Under the pieces are notes generated by a model. The model was not told the DNA's origin, did no database searches, and saw only the letters and a list, made by a program, of their open reading frames with translations. Position numbers and translations under genes: made by a program. From Patescibacteria group bacterium (lineage in GTDB: Bacteria > Patescibacteriota > Minisyncoccia > HO2-45-28): DNA of 42,409 bases. Of the stretch, positions 18,175 through 28,200 are shown piece after piece. The stretch is taken from contig JADFMT010000002.1 of NCBI GenBank assembly GCA_022563755.1, positions 1-42,409 on the forward strand. Reading direction: 5' to 3'. How positions within the stretch are numbered: position 1 is the stretch's first letter; every line of letters starts with the position of its first letter.

Positions 18175-19170
18175 TTAGTTATTCGTCCTTTTTATTGCTT
18201 CCTTTGCAATCTCCCACATTTCGGGTTTATTTTCTACTTCTTTCAGCCAATACCACCATTCTACACCCCAAAAATAAAAGGTATCAAAACCCGAGCGCGC
18301 GGCGTACGCTAAAACGCCACGGAATACTTCCGGATTCATGGAAATATACTGTTCATCCACGTTAATCTCGTAGGTCATGCGCTTTGCCCATGATTCCCCT
18401 TGCAGCTCGATAATGACCGCGGGTTTATCACCCAGAACGAGGTTGATGAATCCGCGCTTTAAGCGAAAAAAAGAGGGTGGCAATGGATAGGTAAATGTGC
18501 CGAGCCATTCGTTCCAGATGACGCGATAAAGCGTTGAGCCGAAAATATCGGAACGCCGGGCAGCCGGAACCCAAAATGACAGTTCACCGGAATCGGTTAC
18601 CATAATAGGGCGCCCATCCAGTGAACGCACGAGCTCGATTTCGGCGTCAAGGAATTCTTTCGAAAAAGGAGGACATTCTCCGAACGCCAAAAAAGGTTCG
18701 TTCTCCACCTGCCACGTTTTAACCGCGGACGATTTTTTATAGCGATTTACAACTACTTCGATATATCGCAGTAGTTGTTTATTTTGCTCGGCTTCATCAA
18801 GCCTTTCTGCCCAATCCGGAATATGACATTCGGGCCAACGCGGGAGTTTGCGACCCACGGCAAGGATTACCTCAACGTTTCGCCTGCGAGCTTCTTGAAT
18901 TTGCCAATCCAAGCGCGAGAAGTTATACCTGCCTTGAGCGGGCTCAATTTCATTCCAATATGCCGGAAGTCGGATGTTTTTTATCCCAAGATCGTCAAAA
19001 AGGGCCAAATACACCTCTTTCGGATCCAGCCCAAAACGCTCGGCATAAAAAGATGAATAGGTTGCGCCAAACGTCTGGGGATTTAAGGACGGAGTGCGCC
19101 CGATAAGGATCGCGCCCACGCTTACGAGCATCACCATACCCCCGATTGCAATTTTAAGCCACGTCTTCAT
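18175..19170 (-). CDS. Membrane-anchored clan GH-A glycoside hydrolase (beta-galactosidase/GH5/GH42-like)
   Basis: N-term TM, IRLPAYWNEIEP.QG.YNF..LD, WQVENEP, IELQ.E.W. Confidence 0.75.
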   Translation of the reverse strand: MKTWLKIAIGGMVMLVSVGAILIGRTPSLNPQTFGATYSSFYAERFGLDPKEVYLALFDDLGIKNIRLPAYWNEIEPAQGRYNFSRLDWQIQEARRRNVEVILAVGRKLPRWPECHIPDWAERLDEAEQNKQLLRYIEVVVNRYKKSSAVKTWQVENEPFLAFGECPPFSKEFLDAEIELVRSLDGRPIMVTDSGELSFWVPAARRSDIFGSTLYRVIWNEWLGTFTYPLPPSFFRLKRGFINLVLGDKPAVIIELQGESWAKRMTYEINVDEQYISMNPEVFRGVLAYAARSGFDTFYFWGVEWWYWLKEVENKPEMWEIAKEAIKRTNN

Positions 19171-19209
19171 CCCATTAGAAGTCTGTATTTAATAAATAAA
19201 TGTCGGGAT

Positions 19210-20109
19210 TCATGTTTGAACGAGAAAAATAAACGCAATAGCAATGAATGCAACGCCTCCGAGCTTTGTTACCAGATCACGAATCGCAAATGATTCCTTT
19301 AGAATGGACGGGAAGGAGAATGTAAGAAAAAGGGCAAACAAAAATACAAAGAGATATTCAAAACCCTTCATTGCATTCACGAGACTTACGGGACCAAGCG
19401 CGATCGCATAATTTAGGAGCAAAAATCCTACTGCCCCAATACCTTTATTTGCAAGAAAAAATCCCGCCGAAGAAGTGCTGGTCGCCTTTGAGCTAAATCG
19501 GATATGGTGGCGAAAGACAGGAACACCAAGCATCGCAAGAGCTGCAACAAAACTTCCGAGGCGCGTCCAAATAAATCCCGAAATAAACGGCGTAACCTTA
19601 AATACTTCTTTTGATAAGAAAAAACTAAGTGCAAAAAAGAACGCAGAGGTGAGTGAAAAAAGGATCAATGCCCTGTCATAGGACATACCCTTGTCCTGAA
19701 ATTTAGACGAGAGCAAGATACCGCCTATAATAAACAAAACAAAGGCAATAAGTTGTTCCAATCTAACCGATTCTCCTAATATAAAACGCGATAAAAGCAA
19801 AATAAAAAAAGGAGAGGCAGCGCCGATGATTGGGAGCGCGCGCGACGCCTCACTTCTCTGAAGAGCTGTGTAGAGAAAATATAGAGCTCCCAGAAAAGAT
19901 ATGCCGCTTATCATTGCAATAAACGTGGTTCGAGGGGAAAGAAACGAGAACCCAAATGGAGCAAGCACAAAAACACCAATACTCAACAACCCAACATAGA
20001 ATGTATAGGAAAGCGGATTCGGAATGCGACGCGTTAGTAGAACTTTATCAACGGTTGCGGCAAGTCCGCTTAAAAAATACGAACTGATGGCAATCGGTAT
20101 CCAAAGCAT
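19210..20109 (-). CDS. EamA/DMT family transporter
   Basis: About 10 TM helices, duplicated EamA pattern (ILGE, GPVSLV, LKE). Confidence 0.85.
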   Translation of the reverse strand: MLWIPIAISSYFLSGLAATVDKVLLTRRIPNPLSYTFYVGLLSIGVFVLAPFGFSFLSPRTTFIAMISGISFLGALYFLYTALQRSEASRALPIIGAASPFFILLLSRFILGESVRLEQLIAFVLFIIGGILLSSKFQDKGMSYDRALILFSLTSAFFFALSFFLSKEVFKVTPFISGFIWTRLGSFVAALAMLGVPVFRHHIRFSSKATSTSSAGFFLANKGIGAVGFLLLNYAIALGPVSLVNAMKGFEYLFVFLFALFLTFSFPSILKESFAIRDLVTKLGGVAFIAIAFIFLVQT

Positions 20110-20130
20110 CTCTCGCAGTATATCATTATA

Positions 20131-20820
20131 TCATTTTTGGTGCGCTTTTCTCCATGCTTCTATTTTTTTATGATCGCCTGAAAGCAATATTTTTGGGACG
20201 CGGTACTTTTTGCCGCAATATTCTAAAATTTCGGGGCGCGTATAATGCGGATATTCCAGATCTTTGCCGCTTGTCCCTTCTTTGTGGATAAGTTTACTCC
20301 AATGTGATTCTTCTTCTAAAGATTCCGGTCGGATAACGCCCGGGATAAGACGGCTGACGGCCGAGATAATAACCATTGCGGGAACTTCACCGTCCGTCAG
20401 CACATACGGTCCGATGGAAATTTCCTCAGCCTTTAGAATGATGCGCACTCGTTCATCCACACCCTCATAGCGTCCAGAGATTAAAATAATATCGTCATAG
20501 TCTTTGGCCCACCGGTAAACGGTTTTTTGATTTAAAGCTTTGCCTTTTGCCGAGAAAAGTACGACTTTTACGCGCCGTCCTTTTTTGATTTTCCTGCGCG
20601 TTGCCTCTACCGTGCGCACAATGGGAAGTGCTTTTAGCACCATACCGACTCCACCGCCATACGGACGCCCATCCACCGTATGATGCTTGTCTTTGCTAAA
20701 TTTCCGGATGTCATAGCTAAAAACGCGAATAATTTTTTTTGCAATCGCGTGCTTCAAAATAGACTCGCCAAGATACGAATCAAAGATGTTAGGAAAAATG
20801 GTAATTACATGAAACCGCAT
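20131..20820 (-). CDS. trmD: tRNA (guanine37-N1)-methyltransferase
   Basis: FHVITIFP, RPYGGG.GMVL, GRYEGVDER, SIG.YVL..GE, YPHYTRP; ATG at 20820 preferred. Confidence 0.97.
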   Translation of the reverse strand: MRFHVITIFPNIFDSYLGESILKHAIAKKIIRVFSYDIRKFSKDKHHTVDGRPYGGGVGMVLKALPIVRTVEATRRKIKKGRRVKVVLFSAKGKALNQKTVYRWAKDYDDIILISGRYEGVDERVRIILKAEEISIGPYVLTDGEVPAMVIISAVSRLIPGVIRPESLEEESHWSKLIHKEGTSGKDLEYPHYTRPEILEYCGKKYRVPKILLSGDHKKIEAWRKAHQK

Positions 20821-20886
20821 AATAAAAGACAAAAACCGCGCTTTTATCATAGCACGGCTTTTGTAAATAAAAGATGATTTCTTTTT

Positions 20887-21198
20887 TTAGAGTTTCAGAT
20901 CTTCCATAACACTGTCGGATTCTTGTCTTGCTTGTCCACCAGCCGGTTCCTCAATTTTCAAGTTTACGCGTGAACGGTTCTTTAGTCCCACGATGCGAAG
21001 AAGCGTTCGAATTGCTTTGGCGGTGTTTCCTCCTCTGCCAATAATCTTACCCATGTCGGCTTGATTAATTTTCAGAGTTAGTAAAACACCCATTTCATCC
21101 ACGCTACGGTTTACCTCAACGTCGTTTGGATTATCCACCAAGGCCTTCACAACGTACTCAAGAAAGTCTTGCTCTTGTGATTTTTCAGCCATACTCAT
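20887..21198 (-). CDS. khpA: KH-domain RNA-binding protein (KhpA-like)
   Basis: FLEYVVKALVDNP, DMGKIIGRGG.TAKAIRTLL. Confidence 0.9.
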   Translation of the reverse strand: MSMAEKSQEQDFLEYVVKALVDNPNDVEVNRSVDEMGVLLTLKINQADMGKIIGRGGNTAKAIRTLLRIVGLKNRSRVNLKIEEPAGGQARQESDSVMEDLKL

Positions 21199-21294
21199 TG
21201 ATTATCCTTGATAATTCAGTAGCTCGACTCCACTGCTACTCTATTGTCATCTAGTATAGCAGGAGAGCGGAGATCGTCAACCCTAGGGTAATCC

Positions 21295-21846
21295 CTAGAA
21301 TTGTATTTCCTGGCGTTTTTGCCCCGCTAATTTTTCTAATTCCTGGTTAAAGACGTCCATCTTCTTTTGAAGCTTGTCTTTTTTGTGAAACTTTTCGTCC
21401 TCGCGCATCTCGCCTTTTCGTTCCTGTTCCTGAATTTCTTTCCAAACGTTGTCTCGAGCTTGGCGCAAGGAGACCCGAGCATCCTCCAATTTCTCTCCTA
21501 CGATTTTCAAAAGCGCCTCTCGTCTCTCGCCAGTAAGTTCCGGAAGGACTGTGCGTATCACTTCTTTGTCCACAATTGGCTCGAGACCCGTATTTGAGGA
21601 TCGGATCGCTTTTTCTATCGCTTCTAAATTCGCCTTATCCCACGGTTGGATCACAAGCGTTCGGGCATCCTTAACTCCAATGGACGCCAAATTTTCTAAG
21701 TTTGTTTTTGCGCCGTAACTCTCAACAACAATATCTTTGAGTATGGCTGGATTGACGCGTCCACTCCTGAGCACTCCGAACTCAGCGGCAAGCCAATCCT
21801 TTATTTTTTTAAATTGTTTCTCGAATTCTGAAAGTGAATATGCCAT
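21295..21846 (-). CDS. frr: Ribosome recycling factor
   Basis: LRSGRVNP, LVIQPWDK, IEKAI, PELT.ERR. Confidence 0.96.
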   Translation of the reverse strand: MAYSLSEFEKQFKKIKDWLAAEFGVLRSGRVNPAILKDIVVESYGAKTNLENLASIGVKDARTLVIQPWDKANLEAIEKAIRSSNTGLEPIVDKEVIRTVLPELTGERREALLKIVGEKLEDARVSLRQARDNVWKEIQEQERKGEMREDEKFHKKDKLQKKMDVFNQELEKLAGQKRQEIQF

Positions 21847-21886
21847 GCCAAATTTGTATGAACGCTAGTGAATAATAAATTTGCTC

Positions 21887-21967
21887 ACCCCGTTAGAAAC
21901 TCCTTTTTAATAAACCTTGGAGTCGTAGTTTTTATAAAAGATTTCGTAAACATGTTTCTAACAGGGT
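21887..21967. repeat. 81-bp MITE/REP-like element with terminal inverted repeats, copy 1
   Basis: accccgttagaaac...gtttctaacagggt; differs from copy 2 at 3 positions. Confidence 0.88.
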
Positions 21968-22611
21968 TATATGAACGCATTTAAATATTCAAGGCACATT
22001 TTTCGACCGATGCCCAAGGAACGAGATACGCGCCGAACCGTCTGAATTCTTGCAAGGAGGTCTCTTTTGTATTTATTTTTTCGAGCCCAGCTCTCAAGCT
22101 GATTTAAAAAATGATTAAAATTTAGTGAATCCTTACCGGCTTCCTCAAGCATGCGTCCACGCACAGGCAAGCTAGAATCAAGAAAGGGTTTTAAATCGTA
22201 CGAGTGCTCAGGCTCTCCAAGATATAATTCGATGAGACGTGAACGAATGGTGTCGGGCAACATATCTGCGCTTGAGGCAACAAGAAAAAAGTGACGACCC
22301 GCTGGTGGCTCTTCAAGAATCTTTAAAAGTGCAGTGGATGCCCAATGCCCCAGTAGGTCGGCATTGATAATAAAACATTTTCGCTTTCTCGCAAGGACCC
22401 CCGTATATGCTTTTTCTTTTATTTTTCGCACGTCCACGATGCGAACCTCATGTCTATACATCTCAACTTCTCCTCCTATCTCGCAAATCCATCTCGCCAA
22501 CCGATCATAATCAACTTCTCCAATTAAAAGATACCCGTGAGCAAGTTGACTATTCCTTGCGTGGTTTTCCAGACGAGGGTGTATCCCGTTAGAGATCCTT
22601 GGATGTATCAT
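21967..22611 (-). CDS. holB: DNA polymerase III delta' subunit, reduced
   Basis: L.HGYLL.G, I..VR.I, ALLKILEEPP, LPDTIRSR. Confidence 0.8.
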   Translation of the reverse strand: MIHPRISNGIHPRLENHARNSQLAHGYLLIGEVDYDRLARWICEIGGEVEMYRHEVRIVDVRKIKEKAYTGVLARKRKCFIINADLLGHWASTALLKILEEPPAGRHFFLVASSADMLPDTIRSRLIELYLGEPEHSYDLKPFLDSSLPVRGRMLEEAGKDSLNFNHFLNQLESWARKNKYKRDLLARIQTVRRVSRSLGIGRKMCLEYLNAFI

Positions 22612-23627
22612 GGCTGGCGTTTTCCAAAAAGACTTTTTTTGTAGATATCCAAATGTTCAAGCGCAACCCCGGTTCCCCTTGCAACACAAAATAATGCGCC
22701 CTCGGCAACGTATGCCCTTACCCCGGTGGCACGATAAACCAAATCTGTAATATTTTGTAACAGTGAACCGCCACCTGTCATCACAATTCCTTGGTCAATA
22801 ATATCGGAAGCAAGCTCGGGCGGGGTTTCTTGAAGGACAAACTTAATCGCTTTTGTAATATCTCGAAGCTCGTTTTCGATCGCCTTTGCAATCTCGTTGG
22901 TAGAGACTTCCGTGCTTCGCGGAAGGCCCGTTAAAATGTCGCGGCCTTTGACCGTATGCGTATCCTCTTTGTCAACCGGAATGGCAGATCCAATTGAGAT
23001 TTTAATTCCTTCAGCCATACGCTCCCCAATCGCAAGATTAAAAGATTTCTTCACATAATCGATAATCGCTTGGTCAATTTTATTTCCGGCTACCTTTACC
23101 GATTTGGAAGCCACGATCCCTCCGAGGGATATAACTGCCACGTCCGTTGTGCCCCCGCCAATATCAACTACCATGTGGCCGATCGGTTCATGAATGGGGA
23201 TACCAGCCCCGATCGCTGCCAAGATGGGCTCTTTCATGACATAGGCTTTCCGGGCTCCAGACTTCAGCGCGGCTTCAATCACAGAACGCCTCTCCGTAGA
23301 TGTTACGCCAGCCGGAACAGAAACCAGGACTTCGGGCTTAAAAATATTCGCGCGCCCGAGCGCCTTTCCAATGTAATACCGAAGCATAGATTCTGTTACC
23401 CGATAGTCCGCAATAACGCCGTCCTTCATCGGTCGATACGCAATGATATTGTCGGGCGTCTTGCCCACCATACTCTTGGCCTCATTCCCTACGGCAAGAA
23501 CTCTATTTTCTGATGCGGAAACGACCACCACGGACGGTTCGTTAAGTACCACGCCTTTATTCGGTACAAATACCAGAGTATTTGCTGTACCAAGATCAAT
23601 CCCTAATTTTTTCACAAAAAATGGCAT
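22608..23627 (-). CDS. mreB: Rod shape-determining protein MreB
   Basis: GIDLGTANT, EPSVV, RPMKDGVIAD, VDIGGGTT, TGGGSLL. Confidence 0.97.
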   Translation of the reverse strand: MPFFVKKLGIDLGTANTLVFVPNKGVVLNEPSVVVVSASENRVLAVGNEAKSMVGKTPDNIIAYRPMKDGVIADYRVTESMLRYYIGKALGRANIFKPEVLVSVPAGVTSTERRSVIEAALKSGARKAYVMKEPILAAIGAGIPIHEPIGHMVVDIGGGTTDVAVISLGGIVASKSVKVAGNKIDQAIIDYVKKSFNLAIGERMAEGIKISIGSAIPVDKEDTHTVKGRDILTGLPRSTEVSTNEIAKAIENELRDITKAIKFVLQETPPELASDIIDQGIVMTGGGSLLQNITDLVYRATGVRAYVAEGALFCVARGTGVALEHLDIYKKSLFGKRQP

Positions 23628-23636
23628 GCCAATTTT

Positions 23637-23717
23637 ACCCCGTTAGAAACTCCTTTTTAATAAACCTTGAAGTCGTAGTTTTTATAAAAGATTTCGCAAA
23701 CATGTTTCTAACGGGGT
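23637..23717. repeat. 81-bp MITE/REP-like element, copy 2
   Basis: accccgttagaaac...gtttctaacggggt with perfect 14-bp TIR; direct repeat of 21887-21967. Confidence 0.88.
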
Positions 23718-23750
23718 TTATACGAACGCTAGTGAGTTAATAAAATTGAG

Positions 23751-23853
23751 CACCCAGCCTTCTATGCTCACGGTAAAACGTTCTTCTTTTGTATTTTTTC
23801 TATTAAATTTTATATTCTCTATTTTCATATATATGAGCTTAGAAAGCTGGGTG
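23751..23853. repeat. 103-bp element with 20-bp terminal inverted repeats and AT-rich interior
   Basis: cacccagccttctatgctca ... tgagcttagaaagctgggtg (18/20 match). Confidence 0.75.
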
Positions 23854-23896
23854 AAAGTTTTACCATAGCATTTTCTTCGTTAAAAACTCGAAAATG

Positions 23897-25165
23897 CTAG
23901 TCAACTCTCTTTATATTAGCATTGATTTGTTTTAATTTCTCCTCAATCCGTTCATATCCCCGATCAATCTGATAAACATTATGGATGGTCGAACGCCCCT
24001 TGGCAACAAGAGCCGCAATCACAAAAGCAAGCCCTGCCCTTAAATCCGGACTCTCCATCTCCCTTCCGTGAAGTGGCGTGGGACCCAAAATAATCGCCCG
24101 ATGAGGATCACAAATAGTGATCTCTGCACCCATTCGTTTAAGGTCAATCATATATTCCAGTCGTCCGTCAAAAACCGTCTCAAAAACCTGGCTTTTCCCT
24201 TTCGTTTGGGTCAAAAAAACACTAAATGGTGCTTGCAGGTCGGTGGGAAAACCAGGATATTCACGCGTCTTCAGATCAAGAGAGGTAAATGTTTCTGGTC
24301 GGCAAACCCCCATCCAGTCGGACCCAACCTCCACGTTCACTCCTGCCGCCTCAAGATGCACGATCAGGCTCGCGAGATGCTCGGGTCTGCATTTTTTTAT
24401 TCGTAGATCCGTAGCAAGAAGTGAACCAAGAATCAAAAAACTACCGGCTTCAATCCGGTCCGGTATTATTTGAGACGGTTTGTTACTCTTTAGTCTTGCG
24501 TGTTTACCCAGACCCTCAATAACAATCGTCTGTGTACCCGCTCCTCGAATCTTAGCGCCTGCGCTATTTAGATAATGCGCAAGTGCTTCAATTTCTGGCT
24601 CACAGGCAGCATTTCGTAACGTTACCTTGCCCTCAGTAAGTACCGCTGCAAGCATCAACGTCTCGGTTACCGTCACGCTTGGAATCCGGAAAGTAAAATC
24701 TGCGCCTCGCAGATTATCGGCCTCGAACACATAACAATCGTCCTTTTCTTTAAACTGCGCCCCCATCTGTTCGAATCCCGCAATAAAAAGATCAATCGGC
24801 CGCTCACCAAACACACATCCTCCCGGATGCGGCAAGCTCACCCGCCCAAAGCGCGCAAGTAAGGGGCCAACCAGAACGACGGAGGCCCGAAAGCGCTTCG
24901 TGATCTCACGATCTAGGTCTGTGCGAAAAATGCCTGATGAATCAATACAAAAATCATTCTGGCCGGTTTTTGTGATTTTAGCCCCCAGTCCCTCGAGTAG
25001 CTCTTTCATCCGAAAAATATCTTCAATCAATGGGACATTTTGAATCGTAATGGGATCTTCAAAAAGCACTGAGGCGGCAAACAACTTAAGCGCGTGGTTT
25101 TTTGCTCCGCCAATCGTAACTTCTCCCGCAAGCGGCTCTCCGCCATGAATAATAAATTTTTCCAC
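23897..25165 (-). CDS. murA: UDP-N-acetylglucosamine 1-carboxyvinyltransferase
   Basis: GAKN, RAS..L.GPLL, PGGC.FG.RP, YPGFPTDLQ, DLRAG, IDRGYE. Confidence 0.97.
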   Translation of the reverse strand: MEKFIIHGGEPLAGEVTIGGAKNHALKLFAASVLFEDPITIQNVPLIEDIFRMKELLEGLGAKITKTGQNDFCIDSSGIFRTDLDREITKRFRASVVLVGPLLARFGRVSLPHPGGCVFGERPIDLFIAGFEQMGAQFKEKDDCYVFEADNLRGADFTFRIPSVTVTETLMLAAVLTEGKVTLRNAACEPEIEALAHYLNSAGAKIRGAGTQTIVIEGLGKHARLKSNKPSQIIPDRIEAGSFLILGSLLATDLRIKKCRPEHLASLIVHLEAAGVNVEVGSDWMGVCRPETFTSLDLKTREYPGFPTDLQAPFSVFLTQTKGKSQVFETVFDGRLEYMIDLKRMGAEITICDPHRAIILGPTPLHGREMESPDLRAGLAFVIAALVAKGRSTIHNVYQIDRGYERIEEKLKQINANIKRVD

Positions 25166-25252
25166 CTATTTATCATACCGATAATGTGCGTCCTTGCAAC
25201 TACCAACAAAGCGGTGTTTCTGAACGAAAGGAAAAAGTGTTACCATAATCCT

Positions 25253-28200
25253 ATGAGTTTTGTTCACCTTCATACCCACTCGCACTATAGCCTGTTGGAT
25301 GGACTGGCCAAAATTGATGATTTAGTCAAAGAAGCTGCCCGGCTCGAAATGCCGGCTCTGGCCTTAACCGATCACGGAAATCTTTATGGTGCAATAGAAT
25401 TTTATAAAAAAGCAACCTCGGCGGGAATCAAACCCATTATTGGGGTGGAAGCATATATTGCTACGGGATCTCGGCATTCTAAAAATCCGGGCACGGATGA
25501 ACGCAGGTTCCACCTAACACTACTTGCCGAGAATACTGAAGGGTATAAAAATCTCCTGCGCCTGGTAACGCTCTCTCACCTTGAAGGATTTTATTACAAA
25601 CCTCGGATGGATAAAGAAATATTGCGCAAATATTCGAAGGGGCTTATAGCAACATCTGGATGCTTGTCAGGAGAAATACCGCGTGCACTTTTTGTGCAAG
25701 ACTCAGAGAAAGCAAAACGCCTCATTCGAGAATATCAAGAAATTTTTGGCAAAGATAATTTTTTTATTGAGCTTTCCCATCACCCGAATATTCCCAACCA
25801 CCCAAAAATTCAAAATGCCTTAAGAGAGCTTGCAGTGGAATTAAAAGTACCGATCGTAGCCACGCAAGATATTCATTATCTCCACAAAGAGGACGCGAAG
25901 GCCCAAGATGTGTTGCTTGCGATCCAAACCAATACGCGCCTGGATGACGAAGACCGACTCACTATGAAAGACGATGACTTCTCTATGCGCTCGCCCCAGG
26001 AAATGAAAGAGTGTTTCCGCGATCTTCCGGAGGCAATTACAAATACAATCGCGATTGCTGATCGTGTAAATATCAAACTAGAGCTTGGAAAGCTCTCGTT
26101 CCCTCATTTTGAGGTCTCCTCATCAGATACTCCAGAGTCCCATCTAGAAAAACTGTGTCGAGAAGGACTCCTTCGCCGCTACGGAACGAACCCGCCCGAA
26201 AAAACAAAAAAACGCCTAGATTACGAACTTGGTGTAATCGGCAAAACCGGATTTGCATCCTATTTTTTAATAGTACAAGACATCACGAATTGGGCAAAGA
26301 AAAACGGCATTGTGGTGGGGCCCGGGCGGGGCTCGGCAGCAGGCTCCCTTGTGGCCTACTTAACCAATATTACGAACATTGACCCCCTTACGTACGATCT
26401 TCTTTTTGAGCGTTTTATGAGTCCGGACCGGGTAAGCCCTCCGGATATTGATCTTGACTTCGCAGATACTCGCCGGGATGAGGTCTTACACTATGTAACA
26501 AAGAAATACGGAGAAGACCGGGTGGCTCAAATCATTACATTTGGAACCATGGCAGCTCGGGCTGCCATTCGCGATGCGGGCCGCGCGTTAGGTATTTCTT
26601 ATACCCTCTGTGATGAGATCGCAAAAATGATTCCCTTTGGCGAATCGTTAAAAGGTGCGATCTCCTCGAACCACGAATTAAAAAGCTCATATGAAACCAA
26701 CCCAGATACAAAACGACTCGTTGAAGCAGCGAGTAAACTCGAGGGTGTTGCCCGCCACGCATCGGTTCATGCCTGTGGTGTGGTTATTGCAAAAGATCCG
26801 TTAGTCAATTCAATCCCGCTTCAATATGCAACACGCGGCAACACGCAAGGGGAAAAAACCGTGGTGACTCAATATGAAATGCACGCAATTGAAGATTTGG
26901 GACTTCTCAAGATGGATCTTTTAGGTCTTAAAACTTTGAGTATTATTGAAGCCGCACTTAACTATGTCAAAAGCCGAACGGGCAAGGCGCTCTCTATAGA
27001 AACCATGAAACCGGATGACTCTAAGGTTTTTGATATGCTCGCCTCGGGTCAGACGCTTGGCGTATTTCAGCTCGAAGGAGGCGGAATGACCCGGTATCTC
27101 ATGGAGCTTAGACCGACTCACATTGAGGATATTATCGCGATGATCTCTCTCTTTCGTCCGGGGCCGATGGAATTGATCCCCCAATATATTGCGCGCAAAC
27201 ACGGCAAAGAAAAAATCACCTATCTTCATCCGCGCCTCGAGCCGATTCTCAAAAAAACTTTCGGTATTATGATCTATCAGGAGCAATTGATGCAGACCGC
27301 GCAGGCCCTTGCAGGATTTACGCTCGTTGAGGCCGATGTTCTTAGAAAGGCCGTGGGCAAAAAAATAAAAAAACTTTTGGACGAACAAAAAGAAAAATTT
27401 ATCCGCGGTGTGGTAAAGACGATTGGCAATAAAAAAATTGCAGAGGATTTATGGAAGTTAATCGAACCCTTTGCGCGCTACGGATTTAACCGCAGCCACG
27501 GTGCGGCATACGCCCTTGTTGCCTACCAAACCGCCTGGTTAAAATGTCACTGGCCACTGGAATTTATGACGGCGCTCATGAATGCCGATGAAAAGGATGT
27601 AGAACGGATTGCATTTCTGGTAAATGAGGCGAAAAAAATGAATATAATGGTCTTGCCGCCTGATATTAATCAAAGCGAGGAAGGTTTTACCCCTTCAGCG
27701 GGTTCGGGGCAAGCCCCTAAACCGTTCATACGGTTTGGTTTGCGAACCATTAAAAATGTTGGAGCAAATGTCGTCTCCTCCATTATTGATGAGCGAAAAA
27801 TGAATGGACCTTATTCAAATCTGGCTGACCTTTTGGAACGTGTATCCTCAAAAAATCTAAATAAAAAATCACTGGAATCATTGGTTAAATCAGGAACACT
27901 GGACCGTATTGGCGAACGAAACCAAATGCTAAATAATTTAGAAGAGATACTTGCTTATCATCGTGACGCCGCCCGTCTGCGGGGTCAGAATCAATCGTCG
28001 CTCTTTGGCCTTATGACCGATCGCACCTCTCTGCCAACGCTTACATTAAAACCGGCGCCGCCGGCAACCTCCGATGAAAAATTACGTTGGGAAAAAGAAC
28101 TCTTGGGACTTTATATTTCCGGCCACCCCTTGCAAAAACTTCAAGAAAAACTGGAAAAAGAAAAAATGAACACCGAAACCATAAGGGCGATGAGCGAAGG

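Noticed and set aside
25094..25252. N-terminal extension of DnaE in the ORF track (likewise ddl 12458-12583 and trmD 20821-20850)
   Set aside because: The extensions overlap neighbouring genes or promoters, and family homology starts at the downstream ATG.
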